NCBI GenBank assembly: GCA_043805815.1
Contig: JAZDHO010000160.1
Location: forward strand, 204-64,203
DNA from: Chloroflexota bacterium
Lineage (GTDB): Bacteria > Chloroflexota > Anaerolineae > Anaerolineales > Villigracilaceae
Direction of reading: 5' to 3'
DNA: 64,000 nt
Below, piece after piece: positions 30,033 through 39,077 of the stretch. The number at the start of each line of letters is the position of its first letter. Position 1 is the first letter of the stretch. The position numbers and the translations under genes are program-made. The notes under the pieces are model-generated. The model was not told where the DNA came from and did not search any database. It saw only the letters and a program-made list of their open reading frames with translations.

Positions 30033-30841
30033 GGGTCATTCCGGAATTGCAGACAATAGTGATGAAACGTGTTGCTCACCCAGGCTGAACCCAGCCCGAA
30101 AGGGGCGAGCCGCTGATTGTCCTGGCACCACACCCTCTCATCCTTCAATACATAGATGCGTCCCAGCTCGCGACCCAGGTCCCATGCCAGCGGATATATC
30201 CGCCCGCCCTTCTTGACGTTCTTCACTATGATCGTGAGATACGCCCTCTGATGGAGGATCGACTTGAGACCGGCGTAGATCGAGACCAGGTGCCGGAGAA
30301 AAGCTTCGTAGTCGTGTATGTTCCCCAGATCCCGCGGGTCTTCGGAATAGACGACGTCCAACTCAGGCGAGCCGCGGCGCGTCTCTTGCGTCTTGGCGCC
30401 CCTGGCGTGCAGCATGTCCCAATATGGAGGTGAGGTCAGAACATAGTGGATCTTCGGCAGCCCAAACTCGCCGATCCGGGAGGCATCGCCGCAGATCAAT
30501 TCCGATTCGACCTCCAGGACGGCGTTTCCCAGGGCAGCGCGTTCCTCGCTGACCATATTGGTCGCCACGCTTGCGTACCGGGGATTCAGCTCTATGCCGT
30601 ACGAACGCCGGCCCGCACGCAACGCCGCGATGAGAGTGGACCCTGTCCCGGCCATCGGATCCAAGACGGTGTCCCCCTTCTTTGTGAAGAATTCGATGAA
30701 CTCCTGTGCTAGCGTCTCCGGGAACTTGGCCGGATGCGTCAGCACCCCCTTCTTGCGCGGCGGGGGATTGTGCAGGAACCAGGATTTCTGGAATTTCAAC
30801 CAGGTTTTCGCGTCCAGATCGTTCAGCCGGTTATTGCGCAT
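30029..30841 (-). CDS. DNA methyltransferase, N4-cytosine/N6-adenine family (SPPY type)
   Basis: 270 aa. HPAKFP (aa 36-41), VLDPMAGTGST (59-69), YGIELNP, CGDA, VLTSPPYW (134-141), then ...AYLTIIVKN... and FHHYCLQFRN. Confidence 0.8.
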   Translation of the reverse strand: MRNNRLNDLDAKTWLKFQKSWFLHNPPPRKKGVLTHPAKFPETLAQEFIEFFTKKGDTVLDPMAGTGSTLIAALRAGRRSYGIELNPRYASVATNMVSEERAALGNAVLEVESELICGDASRIGEFGLPKIHYVLTSPPYWDMLHARGAKTQETRRGSPELDVVYSEDPRDLGNIHDYEAFLRHLVSIYAGLKSILHQRAYLTIIVKNVKKGGRIYPLAWDLGRELGRIYVLKDERVWCQDNQRLAPFGLGSAWVSNTFHHYCLQFRNDP

Positions 30842-30866
30842 TTCGAAAAAATCCAGCCGTGCCCGA

Positions 30867-31667
30867 TTAGGGAGTCTGGGTCGCGGCTGTGTCAGCGGGA
30901 ACCAGTCGATAGATCGAGAGGCCAGAGAAAGTCACCAAAGCGGGAGTATCGCCCCCCGCCTGGGCAAACACACCCAGGCCGCCTGCCTTGTAGTTGCTGT
31001 CACTGACCGTGAATTGGTAGCGATCGTTCAGGAAAAAACGGAATTCCGAACCCAACGCCCACACACCCAGCCTAACTTGCCCGGGCGCACCCACCGGGAC
31101 ATCCGACGAGGCGGTGGGCGGCTGAAGTACGCGCGGCGTGCCGAGACTGAACCGCTCGGCGGCCGCTGTGCCGTCGCAGATGACGACAAATCGATAGTAC
31201 GCAACCTCGTTGGGCGCGCGGAAAACCAGGCCGTAGGCATCCCTTTCCCTGCATAGGCTGGGGCGGGCCGTGATCTCCATATACATGTCATCGAGGATCG
31301 CGCTCCGGTGCAGACTGACGACTGGGGGTTGACCTGGCCATGCCGATACCGTCAAGCCCCTTTCGGAAACCGTCGCCGATGCCTCACCGGAAACAGCTGC
31401 GTTCCAATGGGTGGAGGACGTCATGTCGTCAGCTACCATCAGTCCCCCTATCCCGGGCCTGCGCTCCGGCGTTGGCTCCCGCGTCACCGCCGCGGCAACG
31501 GATGGCGTCTCGGTCGGCGGAAACCACAGAAAATCGGTCGGGACTGCCACCGGGGCGGTGGACGTCAGCGCGGCCGCGGACTGACTCATGCCGCCTGGGA
31601 CGGGGCTGCAGCCCGCGGTGCCCAGAATCGCCAGTGCCACTATGGAGACGAGATTTCGCCGATTCAT
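30867..31667 (-). CDS. lectin/ConA-like domain lipoprotein (paralogue of 8225-8917)
   Basis: Start at MNRRNLVSIVALAILGTAGC (lipobox). The track ORF extends to 31757. DAYGLVFRAPNEVAYYRFVVICDG...GLGVFAQ...VTFSGLSIY matches the interrupted gene's domain. Confidence 0.65.
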   Translation of the reverse strand: MNRRNLVSIVALAILGTAGCSPVPGGMSQSAAALTSTAPVAVPTDFLWFPPTETPSVAAAVTREPTPERRPGIGGLMVADDMTSSTHWNAAVSGEASATVSERGLTVSAWPGQPPVVSLHRSAILDDMYMEITARPSLCRERDAYGLVFRAPNEVAYYRFVVICDGTAAAERFSLGTPRVLQPPTASSDVPVGAPGQVRLGVWALGSEFRFFLNDRYQFTVSDSNYKAGGLGVFAQAGGDTPALVTFSGLSIYRLVPADTAATQTP

Positions 31668-31830
31668 GTAGGAAGGCCGCGGCTGCTGTAAAATAAGCGC
31701 AGCAGCGGGCCTCTGCGTGCCCTTGGCAAGCACACTGCGGTTGATTTCATCAACCATAAGATCGCCACACCACCTTTATGATCGCACATCACACAGTGCG
31801 TTTGGACATTCTAGCATAAGGGAGCAGAAG

Positions 31831-32880
31831 ATGACGCCCATGGAATCGCAGGGGCTCAAGTCAGTGCTGGTAACGGGTGCATGCGGGGAGATAGGGCAGG
31901 CGCTGGTGCAGGAACTTGCGAGCCGCGGCGGCTACCGGGTTGTCACTGCCGACCTCGCGCCCCTGCCGGATTCGGTGCTGCCCTCCGTGGCTGACCACGT
32001 GCAAGGGGACCTAATCTACAAGATCAAGACATTCTATGACTATGACTTCGACCTGATCTTTCACCTGGCTGCATCGCTCTCATCCAAAGCGGAGGTATCG
32101 ACCGAGGAGGCACATCGCATCAACGTGGAAGGCACGATGCAGCTCCTGATGCTGGCAGCCTATCGTTCCGAGAAGTACGGCAAGTCGGTGAAATTCCTGT
32201 TTCCGAGCTCGATCGCCGCATACGGCCTGAGCAGCAGCGAAAAGCAGGCGGCCGGGCGCGTGCGCGAGGACGCCTTCAACACGCCTCACACGATGTACGG
32301 CTGCAACAAGCTCTATTGTGAGAAGCTTGGCATGTACTACAGCCGCTACTGCGGCCAACATCATCTCGATCCAAACCCTCCAGTGATGCTCGACTTCCGT
32401 GCCATCCGGTTTCCCGGCCTGATCTCGGCCATGACGCTGCCCAGCGGGGGAACGAGCGACTACGGACCTGAGATGCTGCACGCGGCGGCGCAGGGAAAAC
32501 CCTATGTGTGCTTCGTGCGCGAGCACACCAAGATTTCCTTCATGGCGATGCCGGATGCCATAAAGTCGCTGATGATGCTTACCGAGGTCCCGCGTGATCG
32601 GCTGACCCAGGTCGTCTACAACGTGGCCGCGTTTGCCTTGACCGCCGGCGAGTTCCGTGACCGCGCGCTCAAGGCCTTTCGCGGAGCACAGATCTCCTTC
32701 GAGCCAAATCCTCGCCGCCAGGGCATTGTTGATTCTTGGCCGGAAGATGTGGACGATTCACAAGCCCGACGCGATTGGAACTGGCAGCCTGATTACGACG
32801 TGGAAGCGTTCTTCGACGACTACTTCCTTCCAAACATCCGGGCAAGATACGGACTCTTGGCGCATCCATCAGCAGACTGA
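31831..32880 (+). CDS. NAD-dependent epimerase/dehydratase family protein, L-threonine 3-dehydrogenase-like
   Basis: Start at MTPMESQ after AGGGAG. VLVTGACGEIGQAL Rossmann motif, YGCNKLYCE (YxxxK), IRFPGLIS...GGTSDYGPEM. Confidence 0.75.
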   Translation: MTPMESQGLKSVLVTGACGEIGQALVQELASRGGYRVVTADLAPLPDSVLPSVADHVQGDLIYKIKTFYDYDFDLIFHLAASLSSKAEVSTEEAHRINVEGTMQLLMLAAYRSEKYGKSVKFLFPSSIAAYGLSSSEKQAAGRVREDAFNTPHTMYGCNKLYCEKLGMYYSRYCGQHHLDPNPPVMLDFRAIRFPGLISAMTLPSGGTSDYGPEMLHAAAQGKPYVCFVREHTKISFMAMPDAIKSLMMLTEVPRDRLTQVVYNVAAFALTAGEFRDRALKAFRGAQISFEPNPRRQGIVDSWPEDVDDSQARRDWNWQPDYDVEAFFDDYFLPNIRARYGLLAHPSAD

Positions 32881-32936
32881 GCCCATCCAGCCGTGGACCA
32901 GAAGGGCCGATGGAGCTTCCTGATATAATTTTGTGA

Positions 32937-33785
32937 ATGAAGAGCGGTCATGTGTTGGTTGGCATCGTCCTGGCAGCGGGCTGGCTGGCATTCGCTTTCT
33001 CCATCCCGGCCCAGGCCGGTGTGGATCAGCAGCAGTTCGCCACAAATACCCCGCTGCCTGATGGTCGTATCCTCTACCGGATCCAGGCAGGCGACACTTG
33101 CACCAAGATCCAACTCCTCTACGGGATAGGCTTCGAACAGCTTCGGCAGCTCAACCAGAGCATTAACGCCGACTGCACCAACCTGATCGAGGGACAGGAG
33201 GTTCTGGTGGGCACGGGCGGACCGGCGGACGCACCTTCGAACACGCCGGGGCCGTCTCCCACGCCGGGACTCCCGACCGCTTCACCCACGCCGTTCTCTG
33301 GAACCACTGAGATCTGTGTGCTGCTATTCGACGATTTCAATGGCGACGCCATTCGGCAGACCGAGGAACCGGTCATCCTGGGCGGCGCCATCAGCGTTAC
33401 GGAGACCGGCGGGGCGTTTTCGGCGACGCGCGAGACCGCGCTGAATCCGGACCCGGAGGCCTACGCAGGCATCTGCTTCGGCGACGTGCCGGAAGGTCAG
33501 TACAACATCGGCGCGGCGATACCGGACAACTACAATCCCACCACCAGCCTTACCGACACCCTGGATGTCCGTGCCGGTGACACCGCGTTTGTCGGTTTCG
33601 GCGCCCAAAGCAGGGACGCACCGGCGGCTCAGGCCGGAAATCGCGAACAGGGCGGTGGGTCGTCACCAATTGTCGGTATCGTCGGAGGACTCCTTCTGCT
33701 TGGAGGCTTGGGCCTGGCTTGGATGGCACTGCGACTCCGGAATCCAAGGGGACGAATGAAACCAGGCGGTTTCTTCAGGCGGTAG
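32937..33785 (+). CDS. LysM domain protein with C-terminal membrane anchor
   Basis: 282 aa. Signal peptide, LysM YRIQAGDTCTKIQLLYGIGFEQLRQLN, a Pro-rich linker, a beta-rich domain, and a C-terminal TM IVGIVGGLLLLGGLGLAWMAL. Confidence 0.7.
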   Translation: MKSGHVLVGIVLAAGWLAFAFSIPAQAGVDQQQFATNTPLPDGRILYRIQAGDTCTKIQLLYGIGFEQLRQLNQSINADCTNLIEGQEVLVGTGGPADAPSNTPGPSPTPGLPTASPTPFSGTTEICVLLFDDFNGDAIRQTEEPVILGGAISVTETGGAFSATRETALNPDPEAYAGICFGDVPEGQYNIGAAIPDNYNPTTSLTDTLDVRAGDTAFVGFGAQSRDAPAAQAGNREQGGGSSPIVGIVGGLLLLGGLGLAWMALRLRNPRGRMKPGGFFRR

Positions 33786-33818
33786 CCTTCGAGAAACCAC
33801 GTAGCGGCCGTGCCTAGG

Positions 33819-34169
33819 TCAACCAGGGGGCCACTGCATGCGCCTGCCGGCTAGAAGATGCATGTGGAGATGGAGGACGCTCTGTCCGGCATCGGCGCCG
33901 GTATTTATCACCAATCGATAGCCGTCCGCAGGCTCCCCTTCGCCGCCCACAATCTCGCGAGCCACAGCCATCATCCTTCCCATGAACTCAAGATCGTTCA
34001 CCTGCAAATCCTGCAGAGAGGCAACGTGCTTTGTCGGGATGATCAGGATGTGCGTGGGCGCCACCGGGTGAATATCACGAAACGCTACCACCTTTTCATC
34101 CCGATGGACGATCGCGGCCTTCGCCTCGCCGCGAACAATTCGGCAAAACGGACAGGACTCAGCTAGCAA
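33819..34169 (-). CDS. HIT family (histidine triad) protein
   Basis: 116 aa. CPFCRIV..., HPVAPTHILIIP, histidine triad HLHMHLL. Confidence 0.9.
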   Translation of the reverse strand: MLAESCPFCRIVRGEAKAAIVHRDEKVVAFRDIHPVAPTHILIIPTKHVASLQDLQVNDLEFMGRMMAVAREIVGGEGEPADGYRLVINTGADAGQSVLHLHMHLLAGRRMQWPPG

Positions 34170-34220
34170 CGGTGGACCTGGTGATTTCCAGCGGGCCAGG
34201 GCGCCGCGAGCAGCCGCCCG

Positions 34221-35327
34221 CTACTCGTCCGGAATCGGACCATATGTGGCCTCACAGACGATGTCGTAGTACTCCAACTCGACGCCTTTGTGTTGCTCCG
34301 CGTAGGCCGCGGACTCTTCGCCTGCGATGCGGACCGCGTCCAATGTGCCGTGCACCTGATGCGGCCAGAAGCGCGGCAGGGTCATCAGCGGATCCCCCAC
34401 AGAGGCCTCGGGTTGGTACGAGGGCCGAAACTTGTCTGAGGCGTCTGAAAGCGGCACCCAGTTGTACATCACTGGGCCGCGAGAGTTGAAGGTGAAGCCC
34501 AGGCGGTAGCCCAACAGACGAGCGACCTGCGCGGATTGTTGACTGAAACCGTTCGGCCAGACCACTCCAATCGGCACGCTGCCAAGTCGTTCCTTTAGGA
34601 CCTCGATGGGTTTCTGCAGCTGATCGGTTAGATAATCATCAGTCCTGGGCTTCGCCGAGGGACTGAAAGCTGGCCCGTAGACCTGAAAGTCCACGAAGCC
34701 ATCCGCCGCCAGCGCTACATAGTCTTCCCAGAGCGGCTCGGTGGTGCTGCCTTGGTGATCCCAGGCGTTGACGACCGGCCACCCCCACCGGTTCCAGTAT
34801 TGGCGGAAATGCGCGTTGAAGTTGTCCGGATAGCGGCGCCCATCCTGGATCAACACCACCGATCGGTACGGAATCCTCGCATTGCTTTCCAGGAAACCAG
34901 CCAGCTGCCCAATGTTGATGGCATGGAAGCGCTGCTCGTGCAGGTCCTCCATCATTCGGCCAAACAGGTTCGCCGTCATCGCCTCGGGACCCTCGCCCTT
35001 CTGCCGGTTTATGGAATGGAGCATGATGATCATGACGACCGTGCCGGGGGCGGCCTTGCGGGAGTCCCACCGATTTCGGAGGTACTCGCAGGTATCTTGC
35101 ACGTATGTTCCGACGGCGTCGAGGGGGTTGAGATACCCCGACCGATAGGGCGCGGGCAGGTTTGGCGGGGTACGTATGGCCGTGGGCGTCGGTCTTGGCG
35201 TACGCGTGGCCGCGGGGGCGAGCGGAGTCTGCAACCCGGCGGGATTCGGGCCCGGCCCTGCCTGACACGCGACCGCCATGCTCAGCACGGGGATCAGCAG
35301 AACTCGTATCGCCGCGGGCTTGTCCAT
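34221..35327 (-). CDS. polysaccharide deacetylase-like lipoprotein (paralogue 1)
   Basis: 368 aa. Lipobox SMAVAC. MLHSINRQ...SVVLIQDGRRYPDNF...LELEYYDIVCEATYGPIP. Clear similarity to the next gene. Confidence 0.55.
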   Translation of the reverse strand: MDKPAAIRVLLIPVLSMAVACQAGPGPNPAGLQTPLAPAATRTPRPTPTAIRTPPNLPAPYRSGYLNPLDAVGTYVQDTCEYLRNRWDSRKAAPGTVVMIIMLHSINRQKGEGPEAMTANLFGRMMEDLHEQRFHAINIGQLAGFLESNARIPYRSVVLIQDGRRYPDNFNAHFRQYWNRWGWPVVNAWDHQGSTTEPLWEDYVALAADGFVDFQVYGPAFSPSAKPRTDDYLTDQLQKPIEVLKERLGSVPIGVVWPNGFSQQSAQVARLLGYRLGFTFNSRGPVMYNWVPLSDASDKFRPSYQPEASVGDPLMTLPRFWPHQVHGTLDAVRIAGEESAAYAEQHKGVELEYYDIVCEATYGPIPDE

Positions 35328-35339
35328 GCGGTCAAGTCA

Positions 35340-36494
35340 CTACGGGATCGGACCGAAGGTCGCCGTACAGACGATGTCGTAGTACTCCAGCTCGAGGGAC
35401 CTGTTCTGTTGGGCATACGCGGCTGCCTGCTCACCCGTTACGCGGATCCCGTCCAGGTTGCTCAGCACCTGGTTCGGCCAGTAGCGCGGCAAGACCATAC
35501 GCGGGTCGTTCACAGGCCCCTCCGCTATGGAGAGGGGCCTCAACGGATCCTGCTGGTCAGCCAGGGGAACCCAGTTGTACATCACCGGCCCTCGCGGATT
35601 GATGGTGAAACCCAGCCGGTATCCGAACTTGCGCGCGAATTGGACCGGGCGCACTCCGAACCCGCCTCCAGGCCAGATGATGGCGATCGGCGTCTTGTTG
35701 AAGTACTGTTGCATATTGGTGATGGAGCCCTGGAGTTCACCGGTCAGGTACTCATCAGCCGAGCTGTCGCTCATGGGGATGTTGTGGACCACGCCGTGGG
35801 CCTGGTGGTCAACCCACCCCTCCTGTCCCAGGACCACGTTCTCGGCAAGCACCGGATCGCCGCCCCCCAGCGCGTTGATCCACCCATTGATGACCGGCCA
35901 CTGCCATTGATCCCAATACGGGCGGAACCAGTCAATGTAATTCGCCGCGGCGTGCCGGTCATCCTGGATCAGCACGACGGAGCGCGCTGGGATCCTTGCA
36001 TTACTGTCAAGGAAGTCGGCCAACTGGGAGGTATTTATCGCCTGGAAGCCCATGTCGTGCAGTCCGTTCATCAGGCGCTTGAAATCGCCCCCGCCGACGT
36101 TCTTCGGATCGCTGACCGACTCTTCCCCCCTCTCAATGCTGTGGAACATCACCACCAGCACGATCGTCCCCGGGGGGGAATTCGTGGACGCCCACTTATC
36201 GTGCAGATACTGGCACGACTCCTGGATGTACGCATGCGGCGTGTCCGCCGGGTTGAGAAAGGCGCTCGTGAAGATCGGCGGAAGAGCGGGCGGAGTTCTC
36301 AGCACGGTGGGCGTGGCGACCGGAGTACTGGTCGCGGCGGGGGTGAAGGCAGCCTGAGTCTCAACGATGACGGCGATCGCGGTCTGCACCGCCGCAGTCA
36401 TCTGAACGCCAATATCAACGGCGGGCACAGCAGGGCTGCACGCGGAAACGGCAAGCGCGCACGGGATCAGGAGCAGGACAACCCGGGCTATCAT
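35340..36494 (-). CDS. polysaccharide deacetylase-like lipoprotein (paralogue 2)
   Basis: Start at MIARVVLLLIPCALAVSAC. MFHSIERG...SVVLIQDDRHAAANY...LELEYYDIVCTATFGPIP. Confidence 0.55.
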   Translation of the reverse strand: MIARVVLLLIPCALAVSACSPAVPAVDIGVQMTAAVQTAIAVIVETQAAFTPAATSTPVATPTVLRTPPALPPIFTSAFLNPADTPHAYIQESCQYLHDKWASTNSPPGTIVLVVMFHSIERGEESVSDPKNVGGGDFKRLMNGLHDMGFQAINTSQLADFLDSNARIPARSVVLIQDDRHAAANYIDWFRPYWDQWQWPVINGWINALGGGDPVLAENVVLGQEGWVDHQAHGVVHNIPMSDSSADEYLTGELQGSITNMQQYFNKTPIAIIWPGGGFGVRPVQFARKFGYRLGFTINPRGPVMYNWVPLADQQDPLRPLSIAEGPVNDPRMVLPRYWPNQVLSNLDGIRVTGEQAAAYAQQNRSLELEYYDIVCTATFGPIP

Positions 36495-36569
36495 GGCACG
36501 ACTGAAGACCCCGCCTCGTCTCTCGTGTATCGCAAGGCTGTGGTCTTCCCGGTAAGGATGCCGGTGCAA

Positions 36570-37655
36570 TTACTCGTCGGCGTCGCCTTTGATGAAGGCT
36601 TCCACCTTCTCGCGGCAGATGTCATCCCGGAATTGCTTCGGGGGCGTTTTGAAGAAGTACGACGACGGCCCGATGATCGGACCGCCAAGGCCGCGATCCA
36701 GGGCCAACTTGGCGCAGCGGATGGCGTCGATCATTACGCCCGCCGAGTTCGGACTGTCCCAAACCTCGAGCTTTGCTTCCAGGTTTAGCGGCACATCGCC
36801 GAACGTTGTCCCCTCCATGCGGATGTAGCACCACTTGCGGTCGGTAAGCCAGGGTACATGGTCGGACGGGCCGACATGCACATTGTCGCTGCCCAGATCA
36901 TACGGGATCATGCTTGTGACCGCTCCCGTCTTGGAGATCTTCTTGCTTTCCAGGCGCTCGCGTTCCAGCATGTTCAGGAAGTCGGTGTTGCCGCCGAAAT
37001 TCAGCTGATAGGTTCGGTCGATGCGAACGCCGCGGTCCACAAAGAGCGTCGTGAGCACCCGATGCAGTATGGTCGCCCCAACCTGCGATTTGATGTCGTC
37101 ACCGAGCAGCGGCAGGTTCGCCTCGCGGAAGCGCTTGGCCCAGTACTCCTGCGACGCAATGAACACGGGTATGCCATTCACGAACGCGCAGCCGGCTTGC
37201 AGGACCTGCTCCACATACCACTTGGTGGCCTCTTCCGAGCCAACCGGCAGGAAGTTGACCACTACGTCGGTCTTTGTCTCCCTGAGAAGATTGGCAATAT
37301 CGGCGGTGGGCCCAGGCGCCTTCTCGATCACCTGCGTCAGATACTTGCCGAGCCCGTCGTGGGTCATGCCGCGCACGACCGGCACGTTCATCGTGGGCAC
37401 ATCGCAGAATTTGTAGGTGTTGTTGGGCGCGGCAAATATCGCATCCGAAAGGTCCTCTTCGACCTTCGTAATATTGATGTCGATCCCCAGCGTGAACTCG
37501 ATATCCCGGACATGGTATCCGCCGAGACTGACATGCATCAGGCCCGGAATCGTCGCGTCATCGGGCGCATCTTTGTAGAAGTGAACCCCCTGAACCAGCG
37601 AGGATGCGCAGTTACCTACCCCGATGATCGCGACGCGAACCTTCTTGTCTGCCAT
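36570..37655 (-). CDS. ino1: myo-inositol-1-phosphate synthase
   Basis: Start at [23 protein letters not shown] after [23 protein letters not shown] and [18 protein letters not shown] are typical of bacterial/archaeal Ino1. Confidence 0.85.
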   Translation of the reverse strand: MADKKVRVAIIGVGNCASSLVQGVHFYKDAPDDATIPGLMHVSLGGYHVRDIEFTLGIDINITKVEEDLSDAIFAAPNNTYKFCDVPTMNVPVVRGMTHDGLGKYLTQVIEKAPGPTADIANLLRETKTDVVVNFLPVGSEEATKWYVEQVLQAGCAFVNGIPVFIASQEYWAKRFREANLPLLGDDIKSQVGATILHRVLTTLFVDRGVRIDRTYQLNFGGNTDFLNMLERERLESKKISKTGAVTSMIPYDLGSDNVHVGPSDHVPWLTDRKWCYIRMEGTTFGDVPLNLEAKLEVWDSPNSAGVMIDAIRCAKLALDRGLGGPIIGPSSYFFKTPPKQFRDDICREKVEAFIKGDADE

Positions 37656-38060
37656 GCAAGCATTCTCCTTCTCCGACGTGTATAATTCCCTCGGGCCAAG
37701 CCGGTCGCGAAACTGCTCACGCTGGGTGCTCCTTGCGGCGTCCTGGCCGTACTGATCTATTGGCGATGATGTGCAGTCAGGGCTTTGCAGCACGGATGCC
37801 GGCGCGGCGCCGGCGAACTGCCACTGGATAGCCCTCAAGGGGCGTGACGCCCTTCAATCCTAAGATTGGGCACGGTGTCGCAAGTCTCGGCGAACACCAT
37901 GCAAGACTTCGATCGATGCAGGCCTGATTATACCGAGGAACATGCGCAACTCCAGAACAAGGGGGAAAGTAGCCGACATACCCGCCCATTTGGGGGTATT
38001 TCCTCCTGAAGGCTGGCGCCTGGCGGCCGCCTGGCGCCGCAGCCCGAGCCGGCGGAGCGC

Positions 38061-39065
38061 ATGGACGTAACCTTTGTCATTGCCGGGAGCATAAGACGCG
38101 AGTACATCCTGCCGCCGGTGGGAACGCCGCTGCTTGACGCGCCCGGCGGAAGCGCTTTGTACGCATGCGGAGGTTTGCTGACCTGGGCTGGCGAGGTCGG
38201 CGTCCTGGGCCGCGTCGGTGAGGACTATCCACGACCGTGGCTGCAAGCAATCGAGGGCCGCGGCGTGGATATCCGCGGCATCAAGATCCTTCCGCAACGC
38301 ATTGATCTGCGCGATTTCCTCGCGTACGATTCCGAGTTCGAAATCACCCGCGGCTCGCCTGTGTCGCAATTCGCGCGGCGTCGGCTTCCATTTCCGAAGG
38401 CCCTGCTCGGATATCAGCCTCCGGCCGATCCGCACGAAGATATGCGGCGGCCCGAGTTTCTATCCCCTTCGGCCACGGAGATCCCGGCATACTACCGCGA
38501 CGCGCGCGCAGTGCATCTGTGCCCTCTGGATTTTGTCAGTCAGCATCAGCTGATCACCGCCTTCAAGGCCTCGGGGGTGACGACCATCACAGTTGACCCC
38601 TCCGCCAGCTATATGACACCGTCGTTCCAGCACGACCTTCGTATTGCTCTCGGGTCCGCGACCGCCTTTCTCCCGTCTGAAGCCAAAATCCGGAGCCTAT
38701 TTTGGGGCCAGACGTATGATCTATGGGAAATGATGTCGGCCGTGGGCTCCTACGGTTGCGAAGTTGTCGTCGTAAAGCGCGGCGCGGGCGGCCAGGCGAT
38801 CTATGACGTTAACGGAGGACACAGGTGGGAGATCCCGGCATATCCTGCCCGACCAGCCGACCCGACGGGCGTCGGCGACGCTTACTCGGGAGGCTTTCTG
38901 GCGGGCTTCAAACGCGACTATGATCCGCTGCAGGCCGCCCTGCACGCCAACGTGGCAGCATCATTGAAAGTGGAGGGAACCGGTGCATTCTACGCACTGA
39001 GCGTGCTTGAAGGGCTGGCGCAGGCACGCTTGGATGTTCTGCGCGACCTGGTAAGAGAGGTCTAG
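38061..39065 (+). CDS. PfkB-family carbohydrate kinase
   Basis: 334 aa. GGSALYACGG near the N-terminus and DPTGVGDAYSGGFLAG near the C-terminus. Confidence 0.75.
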   Translation: MDVTFVIAGSIRREYILPPVGTPLLDAPGGSALYACGGLLTWAGEVGVLGRVGEDYPRPWLQAIEGRGVDIRGIKILPQRIDLRDFLAYDSEFEITRGSPVSQFARRRLPFPKALLGYQPPADPHEDMRRPEFLSPSATEIPAYYRDARAVHLCPLDFVSQHQLITAFKASGVTTITVDPSASYMTPSFQHDLRIALGSATAFLPSEAKIRSLFWGQTYDLWEMMSAVGSYGCEVVVVKRGAGGQAIYDVNGGHRWEIPAYPARPADPTGVGDAYSGGFLAGFKRDYDPLQAALHANVAASLKVEGTGAFYALSVLEGLAQARLDVLRDLVREV

Positions 39066-39077
39066 TCGATTGCAGCG

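Noticed and set aside
34752-36788. 678-aa plus-strand ORF, the longest unexplained ORF in the window
   Set aside because: It runs antisense to three well-supported minus-strand genes (two deacetylase paralogues and the ino1 3' end). The translation is Arg/His/Gly/Pro-rich with no domain pattern. Long antisense ORFs are expected at this GC content.
38010-38034. GGCGCCTGGCGGCCGCCTGGCGCC quasi-palindrome upstream of the PfkB gene
   Set aside because: It is a short direct repeat of GCCTGGCG in GC-rich DNA, not a true inverted repeat. It matches no known operator.
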